A stretch of DNA of 64,000 nt from Pavona decussata (taxonomy: Eukaryota): contig CDRNST010000064.1 of the NCBI GenBank assembly GCA_977016875.1, positions 186,001-250,000 of the forward strand, read 5' to 3'. The notes beneath the pieces were generated by a model. That model worked only from the letters and a program-made list of their open reading frames with translations, ran no database searches and was not told where the DNA came from. Shown here piece after piece: positions 37,491-49,000 of the stretch. The translations under genes and the position numbers were made by a program. Position 1 is the stretch's first letter. Each line of letters begins with the position of its first letter.

Positions 37491-39747
37491 CTGTTAAGAA
37501 TCAATTAAGAAACACAATAAACAGAGTTATCTTGTATTCTAGTTTTTCAAGGTGATTTACTTCCAGATTTATCCATGATACCTGCAGAAAACCGCCTGTA
37601 TTTAATTGCGGATCAACGGCAACTTTCTGAGAATCTCTTGAAGACTTCCAAACATTTGATATAATATTAATATTAATATAAATATGTAAAATATATATTT
37701 GAACTGCGGGTGAAAGATTAAACAGAAGAAAGATCTTCCCCTTTTTTTATTTGTTTTTTGTTTTAAGCCACTACGTAGCATTGTTTTTGATAGCTAACAC
37801 CGCTATCACTCTAATGCTGCAGTCAGCTTGTAGGCGTGCTTGTTTCCTGACCTCTTTCGTTGCTGTCTCATGATATGATCTACTGCCCATTCAGATTTTT
37901 TTCATCTCCAAATACAATTGTCCTTCCCACCATGTGTCCTTACTAGCTATCCCCTCTACTGATAAGCCTCTTGTTAGACGATCAGCTTAGTTCTCTTCAG
38001 TTAAAAATGCCTCCACTGTTGAGGACTTGTGTGAGACTGTATTTATCCAATTCTGTTCGCAACAAATGGCTTATATGTCCTGCTTCGGTGATGTTTCTAC
38101 CATAAACTTTCATGATATCCGACCAATACGTGATTTCGCGAGTTACAATCTTCAATGCTTTCCATATTGATACACTTATTCTTAATCCTAGAATTGCGCC
38201 CATCAGCTCTAAACGAGGAGTTCTTGTGGGTGCAAGGGGTGCAACTCTTAACTTAGAAGCCATTAGGTGGACCCAATCACTGTGCTGATATCTTAAATAC
38301 ACTACCTTTCCATACGCATTTGATGAGGAATCTTCGAATGCCTAAAGGCCCGCGGACTTCAAATTCCTGGCCACCAGATGAAAACATCGCGATCTCAATT
38401 TTCACTAAATGCTTTGGTTCATTGTTGAACCACCGCCTAACCTTCTTTTCTTGTTTCAACTGAAGTTACTCCTCACTGGTCAATGCCCGTGGTCCAGATT
38501 TCTTGGAACAAAGCCTTTGCTTGAATGGTATATGGCGTCCGAAATCCCAAAGGGTCGAAAATGTGGTTGTTCTTCTCAGAAACCTGTACACATCTTGAGG
38601 TGGATGCACTCGGAAGGTGAACATGTTTTCCCTCTCTAGCCGTAGTACTCCTAGCGTCTTAACAGGGAGCGGCTCCCCCATTATCTAGATCTACTTTCCG
38701 ATGCTGGTATCTCCCACAACAATTCTTCTGAATTAGACAGCCATTTACGTGCGTGCATACCAGCATTCTTCCACAGCGTCGAAAGTATTTTGTACAAGTC
38801 TCTGGCTGTCGTATTGCCTGTAAGTGAATTCATGCTATCGTCCATATGTGTGGAGAGATAGTTACGAGATAATATTGCCAGAGATATTCATCTGGTACCT
38901 TGGTTTGGTCGAGCGCTCTCCATAAAAATCCATTATACTGGTTATCTTCCGGTTTAGGACTTGTGCGGAGATAGATCTTTGCTATGCCACAGACTAACTC
39001 TATTGCTTGCCCGGAACCGTATCAAACGCTGAAAAGCTCTCGCTGCAACTTAGGTCCCTGGTGTATGACATCGCTCAAAGAGATCCCGTCGTACTTGGCT
39101 GCCGCGTCAGACACAATGCTCGTCCTCGTCGTTGCTTTGTCCGGCAGTAGGTAACAAGACTCAAAGGGTTTTTCCTCTGTTTTCGGGATCTTCCCTCCGC
39201 AACTTTTCTTCTAGCTCTTTAAGAATTCATTTCTCTGTACTTCTCAACCGTTTCACGGCTGTTTCGTACTTGTCTGGTAACACTGACTGGTCGTCTTTCC
39301 AATGCAATTGACTTCGTACCCCCTGCTCTCAAATGTGATTGATCGCTTAAGTTTCTCTTGCGCAATTTTTCTCATTGGAAGTCTCAATGCTGTGTGAGCG
39401 AAACTTGTTTGATAGCCTCCCTAATGAGTACTAATTGCATCGCCGATACATGTCCATCGAAAGGTCATTAACCGTGCAACTGTTTTTACTGGCTTTCCTC
39501 AAACATCCCTCTTTGATTGATACGAAAGCGTCGATAATTGGGCGTGCTCCAAGGTAAAGTAAAACCTTTAAGGTACTCCCACTTCTTCGCGTATTTAGCC
39601 CAGTTGATTACTCCAATGTTCCCTGAAACGCGTTCCGTAGTGAAAGCTGCTATCTTTACATATATCTTTCCATCTAAGCTTTCAAGATTTAGCTCGAGGA
39701 TTCTTGTCTCGAAGCTGCCGGTGTGACCATTTAGTACGTTAACGGTT

Positions 39748-40961
39748 AGTGGCCGTAGCCAGACTTCAGAACAAGACGAGGCAAGTTTCGAGTGCCGAAT
39801 TGCGAGGGCGCCAGCCCCTAGGGGGGTGTAGGGGCATGCCCCCCCCCCCCCCTCCCAGAAAATTTTGAAATCTAGAGGCTCAGAAATGCTCTTGTAAGCA
39901 TTTTCCGTGGCATATTTCTTCAGAAAACTCAATCTTGGGCAAGTGTAGAAGTTCACTTTTTTATTGCTTAGCGATACTGGTGCCCAGTTACTGACCACCT
40001 GCATTTTAAAGCATTGAAATGTTATAACACGTATTATAACAACAAAATGAATCCACGAGAGTAGCCAACGTTTATGGATTTTATACTGTAGAGAATTAGG
40101 AGAAGTCTTACTAATTATCTGTTTCGATACACTCTTGCTTATGTTCTTCAACTTTGAGACAGCCATGTCATAATATTGCCATCTCTTATACTTGTAGGAC
40201 TAAGAAGTCACTAACTTTCACGGTTAAGAGTAGTAAACTTCTCCCTTAACAGTTAGAAAAGTGAACGTTTTTTGCCCGTCGTTTATTCTTTACTGAAAGC
40301 TAAGGCAATCCGTCTGTGGCCAGAGAGACAACATCACCTCAATGGTAGACAGTATGGATGTTCTAGAGGCAAACCAGGCGAGCTCCGTCAAAAGTTTTGA
40401 AATGCCTCTCTCACGCCAACCAAATGCAAACGGCTCTTTTAAGAGCCATTACAAATGAGAAAGGCTTGATCAACAAATCTTTTAAAATCTATTCTTTTAC
40501 ATTTTCTTTTCGCTGAAAAGTTCAATACATGTATTATAGTGTTTGCAATAAATCGATTGCCAGCACTGCAAACGACATTTTGTTCTTTTACGACAGTTGT
40601 ATAAGTAAAGAATGCTCCCACACCGGCTCTCAGCCATGGCAGATAAAATACGGGAATAATGGTGACCTTTGATGTCACGCGGCCTGTCATGGTTATGTCG
40701 CGATACGTCTTCTTAATGACCCCACTGTAACCTTAAATCATTTGAAAAACCGCTACTCATAGTTCACATGAAACGAATTAACCTCATTAAAATTCTTTTC
40801 CCCTCAATTCATCCACCTTATATTAGCTGGTTTTATCTTAACCAATCCATTTTTTCTAGGGATTATTTTTTCAATTAAACGTTTCTTCCAAAAAGAAAAA
40901 AAAAGGCCAATCTCAAGGCGAGGCAACTACCTCGTCTTGCCTCATGCTAGCTACGGCCCTG
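39748..40961. mobile_element. Non-autonomous DNA element with short TIRs (hAT-like) inserted in BEL
   Basis: AGTGGCCGTAGCCAG...CTAGCTACGGCCCTG with subterminal CAAGACGAGG motifs. Splits BEL sequence GTTAACGGT|TACTCTACGG, which is intact at ~31261 and ~34436. No clear TSD. Confidence 0.65.
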
Positions 40962-41009
40962 TCAGACTGTGGCGGCGACTTACTCTACGGTTCTCCCCTT
41001 GAAGTTCTA

Positions 41010-41010
<1 letters not shown>

Positions 41011-41063
<53 letters not shown>

Positions 41064-41792
41064 TCACCAATTTATATAGCGCGTATTTACATGTGGTGAT
41101 AAACAGCGCCTTACAATCATATGTTTAAAAGAAAAAAACGAAAATACATTACCGTGAGAATCAAATAAACTAAGCTACAAACTATAAAAATACTTCTTAA
41201 AAAGATAGGTTTTAAGTCGAGATTTAAAACTGTTAAGTGATGTTGCTTGGCGAAGCTCCAAAGGTAGCTCATTCAAGAGTTTCGGAGCTGCTGCTGAGAA
41301 TGATAATGCTCCCAATGTTGTAAGCATCTTTCACTTGGGATGGTCCAATAAGAGCTTACCAGTAGACCTAAGATTATATAATGAATTCGATTTTATACTA
41401 ATAAGCTCGCTAAGATAAGTTGGCGCGAGGCCATAAATACATTTGAAAGTCAAAAGTAAAATCTTATAGTCAATACGCAAAGAAACTGGCAGCCAGTGCA
41501 TAGCAGTTCAGTGCAGTTCATAAAGCGCCGGTGTAATGTGAGAAAACTTTCCAATGCCAAGAATAAGTCTTGCTGCTGCATTTTGTACACGCTGTAATTT
41601 AGCGATCTGCACATTTGGTAAGCCAAACAATAAACCATTACAATAGTCAAGACGCCTGGTTATAAAAGCATGAACTAAAGTAATTAAAGAATCTCTCGAC
41701 AAGTATTTCTTAATACGTCTCAAGTTATGTAAATGATAAAATGCCGCATTACAAGCCTTGTTTATATGATCAGTCATGCTTAAGTTGCTGTT
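41011..41792 (-). mobile_element. 5'-truncated L2/CR1-group LINE (RT C-terminus, 3' UTR, microsatellite tail)
   Basis: HINKACNAAFYHLHNLRRIKKYL...LVHAFITRRLDYCNGLLFGLP..QIAKLQRVQNAAARLI...HITPAL..LHWLPV..RIDYKILLLTFK. The (TAA)n tract at 41011-41062 sits at the 3' end. Confidence 0.9.
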
Positions 41793-44020
41793 CATTCAAC
41801 TGTTGATGTATGTCTTACCACTGGCATCGTCCAGTAGCGCATTAACGACCACTCGTCTTGCCCCATTCTTGATTACTATTGTTGCTTTCCTCAGTGTGAC
41901 ATATTCACCTCTAGTTTCTTTCATGTGCATTGGTGTTGTGTGCGATCTATCCGATGAGACCTGTGTGGACTCCGCCTCCGTGGTATCTCTAACTGGAGCT
42001 ACTCTAGTTTCATCACGATGGACGTTTTGGGGCTGACGATTGTAGCTGTCACTCCTATTGCCGTTTCTTGCAATCTCTGCATGTAGAACGGGACTATGGA
42101 AACGATATTCCGTGGTGGGTCTGTCCAAGGCATCTATAGCTAAAACGTTGTTGCGCTGATTTTCGCCACCTCTTTTCATCGGCTATACCTTAAAATTCGT
42201 CGTACCAAATGGGGTGGTTGTTTCTCCAGACGCTGAATGTACGGCGGCTCTTGCTAGGCCACTGGTTTGGAGTACCTGCAAGTGAACTGGTCTGGCCAAG
42301 AAAACGTCTGATTTCCGTTCGGGTACTGGAATTTTTTCGAAGCGTCTCAGCTTATACTGTCTGGAATTCTGCTTCTTGTATAACCCATTCTCGTAATCTT
42401 TCTACGCACTGTTGTTCAAAAATCCATCGATGGTACTGTGCTGGCATTGACGCTGTCATCTTCCTCTGTTGCTTATCATAGAGTGATCTGTCCTCTTTTT
42501 CCTCCATACTTTCTAATTTGTTCTTAGCTGCTTCGTAAGCAGAGGTTGAATGACCCAAATTCTTAATAACCCTTAACGCTTCGCCCAATAAGTACTGTCC
42601 GAGCTACAGTAGCTTGTGTTTGGGAGCTGCAGTTGCTTTGTCGATACGGGCTTAAAAAAAATGGGCGGTGATGCTTTGCTTAGTGGACCCTCTGGATGTG
42701 GTCGATGCCTGACGGTGTTTTCCGAGTCTTCTGGTCGTCTTATTCTGCTTTTAGGCCGAGGTCCTCGCTGATCTCTGTCTCCAGAGCAGACTGATTTTCT
42801 TTACGTTAACTTTGGCGATCTGCAATCTTTCTTTATCATTCGGGGTCGAGGCTCCAGCTCTCTTATTTTGGGGGCAAATCTTCTTTGACCCTTTCCTTCT
42901 CCTCTCGTAGGTGTGGAATCTGCCTGCGGTGACTTGGAACCTGAATAGCTTTTTATCTCTTAATATTTGAGCAAAATGCCAGGATATTCAGGACTTTTTC
43001 GGAAACTTATCTGGTAACAATTTTCATACCGTTCGTTACTGTTCATTGACTTTAATATTGCCATGGCAACCAATTTTGACAGACCGTGTTCTGATTACTA
43101 TTCGTTCAATTTCGGCTTTCTCCTGAAGTATTGGGGAAATCCAGAAATCCAACAAGGCGGATCCAATATGGCCTCCATTTGAGAATAAGGATGTCATTTC
43201 AACGTCATCTCTGCTCGTTAGGGACGTGAAATGAATCACCTTTGGACATACCATGGCTTCTTAAGTCTCATTGTCATAGCTTTCTAAAAATATTTTGAGG
43301 GAGACGGAAAAAAGGCCAGTCTAGAGGGGGTTTTGCCTTTGTAAAACTAGATCCTGAAGATAATCTATGATTACCAGTTTTTCATGACTACATGATAATT
43401 CAATCCACCGATAATAAACCTTGCAAAAACATGACTTCACGCTTGGTCAATAACCCTAATATATTTCCTTGTTGTTTTTAACAAAACAATTACCACACTC
43501 GTGGTTGTTGGATTATAAGATTATTGTGGACATCTTATGTCGCATCATAGGAGTGCAATAGAAGCATAACACCAAATTATCCCAGACACAGCAATGTGAT
43601 CAACCATTTGTCATCGATATAATGTCTTATCAATAATCATATTACATCACATCATACTAATTGATATCTTATGACACAAAATCGTTTGACATAAGGACTT
43701 GGCCAGTCTTTTAATTTGTTGGTTTTGCTTTGTCAAAACAATCAATAAGGGGCACAACCCCCCTTGCGAGGTTTTTATCTTTTCACCTTCTATCTTTTTT
43801 TATCTTTTATAGTGTGGCAGCGTTGCTCAAAGGTCAGTTGCGGTCTCTCTTTGTTAGCTTTACCCATCCCTCTCTCCCTAGGTTTTATTTTTTGTACTAT
43901 CCGCACTAGTTCAAAAAATCTGCGTATTCTCTGTGTTTACTAATTTACGTAAGATAATGTAATGGAAGTGCCATGTTTACTCTTATTTTACCCCATAAGA
44001 AAAATCGGTTTGGAACTTAC

Positions 44021-44081
44021 CTCCTCTTATCCACAGTAAGGAAACATGTAAAATAAGAGCTTTAAGAAACCATTCGTCCAT
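44021..44081 (-). CDS. CUB-domain protein, first coding exon (signal peptide); exon with 5' UTR spans 44021-44137
   Basis: tttgcag acceptor at 44138. ATG at 44081 gives MDEWFLKALILHVSLLWIRG and a phase-1 donor GAG|gtaagt, in frame with all downstream exons. Confidence 0.75.
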
Positions 44082-44519
44082 CTTTGATAAACACTGATGA
44101 TCACAATATTGGTATTACTTGGCAAAGAATGGAAAACCTGCAAAGAAGAAAAGGTAAATACCCTAAGAACGGTGCCTACTACTAAATAAGCATTTTTTTG
44201 TGTGGCTTATGACTATGCAGGGAAGCAGATCTTACCAACGGCTACTGAAACCCCCCCAAAATTGGGGGTAACAACGTATTTTCAAGAGATAGTTAAGCAA
44301 CAGTTGCTCTTTAAAACAGTAAAATACAAAGCAATGTATGGCGTTTTTTTCCAAACTGGAGCTTTATTATCTCTGAAAAAAAAGCATGGTTACCCCAAAT
44401 TTTTCCTTTTTGGATACCAAGAGCACTTGATAATTTCTGCTTCCTCGGCATAATTTTAAACCATGCAAAAATATCCTTCTATATCCCTCTGCTTAGTTTC
44501 AGACTAATATATATATTTC

Positions 44520-45420
44520 AGAAACGACCTTCTTGCCTATTGTATACCATCCAAATTCTCCAATTGATCATGTTTCCCCGATACAAACATATAAGAACCT
44601 TAACTGGTTCAAAGAACAATATAAATATCTCAATCATGTGAGTAGGACCTCGTTAGACCTCCAGACTCCATTTTACTCGTGAAAACCATAACCAATTCCA
44701 AACCAGCAAAAAGTGGTCACCATTTATGGACTACTTCAAACTAAAAAGGCTGCCGCAGTCAAAAGTTCCCTTAAATTTAAACAAACTTATCCTCGTTAAT
44801 CACAAAGTTGTAGACGACGTTGTTATTATGTGCATCATGCATGGAAAGTTCTAATATCTTCTTTTCAATTCACCATGAGGGGTCCTTTTTTCGTTAAGAA
44901 TGTATAACGTATAACGTTATATAATATATAACATTTGTTTTCATATAAAAGCGCTGGCTCGGAGATATTAAGCTTAAGGACGATTCCTGGGAGACGTTTC
45001 TTGCCATTATGAAATAATAAAAAGCACTATTACGAAGGGAAGAAGTCAGTTTAGCTGGATAAAAGGAAAAATGTAAGTTATCGGGGGGGAGAAAGACTTC
45101 AAAATTCGATTCTCCTGTATAAGGTATAGGTGTATTTTGCCTTTAGGTGTGTTTTTGCTATAAGTGTGTGTTTAGCCAAAGGGTATGGTTATTTAGCTTT
45201 TTTGGTCTAAATGGCCTCAGGCATTGTCGTGTTTTGGACAACATTTCGGTCATTTGAGCTCAATAGCTCAGCTCTTTTATATTTAAATTCATAATGCTTT
45301 CATAATTAAAAAGGACCGCACGTGGCGAATTAGAAAGAAGATATTAAAACTTTTCATGCATGGTGAGAAAGGATAACAATGGCCGCGTTAAATTTGTGAT
45401 AAAAAATAATACTCTTATGA
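44520..45420. repeat. Partial, oppositely oriented copies of the array 'C' segment
   Basis: 44520-44980 matches the reverse complement of ~46835-47290. 45255-45420 matches ~46835-47000 directly. Confidence 0.65.
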
Positions 45421-46089
45421 AATTTTATAGTTCCTTTTTCCTGCTGTTGAAGATACTTCCACTAAGGTTTAGCTTTTCGTTCAAGCCGTAAAATAATTTT
45501 AACTATTTATTAATTTAAAAATTGACTTTATCTCACAGTTTTATCGAAGGCGTATTCAAACCGTAAGCATGATTCTCTCTGAAAAGAAATAATTAGCATC
45601 GCTTCTAATTTGACACAAAATGTGCAACAATATTCCCTGTATCTGATATCAACGCAAATTACATTCTCCCTCAAACTTGTTTTCCTTTTAAAGTGATATC
45701 TTTTTCCATTAAAAACTCCACACCATAAATGAGACGAGAAACTTAAACGAAATCATGTTGGACATGTTGCTCTTTGGTAAAGAAAACAGTTTTACTCTTT
45801 TCTGTATATCAGTTTCAAATTTGAATACAAATGTCAGTTAATATTCCCAATATGCCAATGATTAGCAGGAAGCCAAATTATTCACCTTAAACCTTGCTTT
45901 TCTTTTGTACCGAAGGTTATACAAGTAAACTACAATTGCAATGGGCTGTCTTTTCTGTGATAAATATATTGCGTCATTAATAAGACGAAAATTTTCGACT
46001 AAATCGTGTTTTTTGGCAAAGAAAACATTTTCTTCTTTTTTATATCACATTTTTCTAATTTGAATACGAAATGTCTGTTATGATATTAC

Positions 46090-49000
46090 CAAAACGTCAA
46101 ATTTTTAAGACCCTGGCGTCGCTTCCAAATACTAACATTTCTCAATTGTGCAAATTAGGAGCCTAAACCTTTGCATAAACCTCACAAGGAAGTACCACTT
46201 GAAAAAACGCTCTCCAAGACAAAGAAAACACTGACATAGTTTCACAATACGGTACACTGCAATTTTATGTTTGTTTTCATGTAAATGGCCTTATGACTCC
46301 TTTCTGAGACGGTGAAGAATACTAGATCACATGGAATCTGATTGCCACAAGCCAAGTTTGTTTACTTGAGCGCTTCAAAAAACCGTGACCTTAGAAGCAG
46401 AATACAAACTCGCTTCGCTTTGAGAAGAAAAAATTTAACCATTGTTTATGGCCGCTTTTTATTAAAAAGTACAAAACTTAAGATAATAACTGAAAAATGA
46501 TGAGGGAACAATGCGGAATTCAAAGTTCTACCAAAGATGATGGCTTCCACTTTGAGATGAAAAAATAATTTTTTATTTGGTTCCAAGGTGATTTGACCTC
46601 GAGCCCTCTTCGTCGGAGGGCATGTAGCACAATACTGTGCAGCACATGCTTCTCTTCCTTTACAGTGAGTAATTTTTGTATTTAATGATTGTTTCTGGTG
46701 CCTGACTATGTGGTACCCGTGGCGCAACGATTTAAACAGCTAATTAAATGTTTCCATGCAGGGCGAAATTTCGCAAAATATATATTCAGGTAAGGTCTTC
46801 ACTAGAAGACATGTTTTAAAGTGTTTAACAAACATTTAAGCTTAATAGCTCCGAGTCAACCCTTTTATCTTAAAATTAATTCCTAATACGTAATACGATC
46901 GTAATGAAGAACGACCCCTCATGGTGAATTGAAAAGAAGGTATTAAAACTTTCCATGCATGACGCCATTATAACAAAGTCTTCTATAAATTTGTGATAAA
47001 CAAGTGTAAGTGTTTTTAAAATTTAACTGCGCTTTTAACCGCGGCGGCCTTTTTAGTTTGAAGTAGTGCATAGCTTTTGACCAATTTTTGCTGAATAGGG
47101 TGAGGCTGGTCTGGGATTTGTTATAGTTTTCACAAGTAAAATGGAGTTGGATAGTCTAACGAAGTCCTACTCACATGTCTGACATATTCATATCGGTCTT
47201 TGAACCAATTTAGCTGCTTGTATGTTTGTAGCGAGTAACATGATCGCTTGGAGAATTTGCATGGTGTGTAATCAACAAGATTCTTGTGTCTGAAATAGGT
47301 TAGGAAAAATCATATATTTTGCTCTGAAATTAGGAAAGAGTTTAAAGAACAGTTCTAACCCCGGTGGCAAGATGCAGGTGTATCCATTATTATTTGTCAG
47401 TAAAAGACGCGTGGCTGTCTCTGTATCTTAACCATGAGCGAACTGTAATTTCTGGTTAGAGAACATATTCTATTCTGGCTGGTTTGGAGCTACAAAACCC
47501 TTTTCCATTTTACCAAAGAATTGGTTTTGAAACAGGGATTTCGCGCAAAATGAAAGGAGAAAATACTATGGAGAAACGCCTGAGGGTTTTCCATGCTTAT
47601 TCGCGTATACTTCTTTGGCTGCCCAAAGTTAATTTTAATCATTTAAGTTTAAGTGGGTGGCTCCCTATGATCCCCATAACCCAAACTGTTTACAAAATAG
47701 GTTAGTTTCAAATATTGCGTGTGAATTACACTCTGTCCGGTTACTTTAAAAAAGACATGTACAATTTTCGTTTGACCCTTAAAAGCTTTCTTCCTCTGTT
47801 CCTTTGCTCTGTTCCTCCCTTCTTAGGCAAAAATTGAATTTTTTGTAGTAAAACAAAATGCAAAATTTAACAATTTTGATAACTTTATTACTCCTCTCTG
47901 AGACTGTGAGGAATATTAGATTAGATGGAATCTGATTGCCACAAGCCAAGCGTGTTAACTTGAACGCTTCAAAAAAGCTTAGAAGCAAAATACAAACTCG
48001 CTTCGCTATGACATGAAAAAATTTGGCCATTGTTGATGGCCGCTTTTTATTTAAAAGTACAAAATTTAACATAATAACTGACAAATGATGAGAGAACAAT
48101 AAGGAATTCAAAGCTCTAGCAAAGATGATGCATGGCTTCGCTTTGAGATGAAATAATATTTTTTTATTCGGTTCCAAGGTAAATTTGAACCCAAGCCTTC
48201 TTCCCCGGAGGGAATGTAGCATAATACTGCACACGCATGCTTCTATACCTTCACGGTGAGTAATTTTTGTATTTAATGATTGTTTCTGGTGCCTGACTAT
48301 CTGGCACCCGTGGCGCAATGATTTTAACAGCTAATTACTTTGGGCCGCCAAACAAGAATACGCGAATGAGCACGGAACACCCTCAGGCGTTTCTCCATCG
48401 CATTTTCTCCTTTTATTTTTCGCAAATTCCTGTTTTAAAACCAATTGTTCGGTAAAATGAAAAGAGTTTTGTAGCTACAAACCAAGCAAAGTAGTGTATT
48501 TTCTTTAGCCGTAAATGGCAGTTCACTTATGGTTAAGACATAGAGGCAGTCAGACGTCTTTTACTGACAAATAATAATGGCTACACCTACATCTTGCCAC
48601 CAGGGGTAGCGCGCTTCTTCAAACTCTTTCTTATTTCAGACCAAAATATGTGATTTTTCCTAACCTATTTGATACACGACCTTCTTGTCGATTGCATACC
48701 ACCCAAATTCTCCAATTGATTATGATAACCCGCTACAAACATACAAGAACATAAATTGGTTCAAAGACCGATAGAAATATGTCAAACATGTGCGTAGGAC
48801 TTCGCTAGGCCTTCCAACTCCATTTTAATCGTGAAAACTATAACCAATTCCAGACCAGCCTCACCCTATTCAGCAAGAAGTGGTCAATATCTATGTGCTA
48901 CTTCAACTGATTTCAAAACGTACCTTTGGTAGAATGGACGCCTTTTGTGTAGCTTCAAACAATTCAAAATACAGTACGTGTTTAACCCGTAGCTAACAAT

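Larger units (their letters stand above)
37763..42945 (-). mobile_element. Second decayed BEL/Pao copy, paralogous to 28420-35640
   Basis: Collinear with the first copy. LMASKLRVAPL...PRLELMGA; VKTLGVL; protease VVVNALLDDASGKTYINS (41796); gag GEALRVIKNLGHS..AYEAAK. Carries two private insertions. Confidence 0.9.

Noticed and set aside
39486-40166. 226-aa ORF as a gene
   Set aside because: Chimeric read-through from a non-coding DNA-element insert into BEL sequence.
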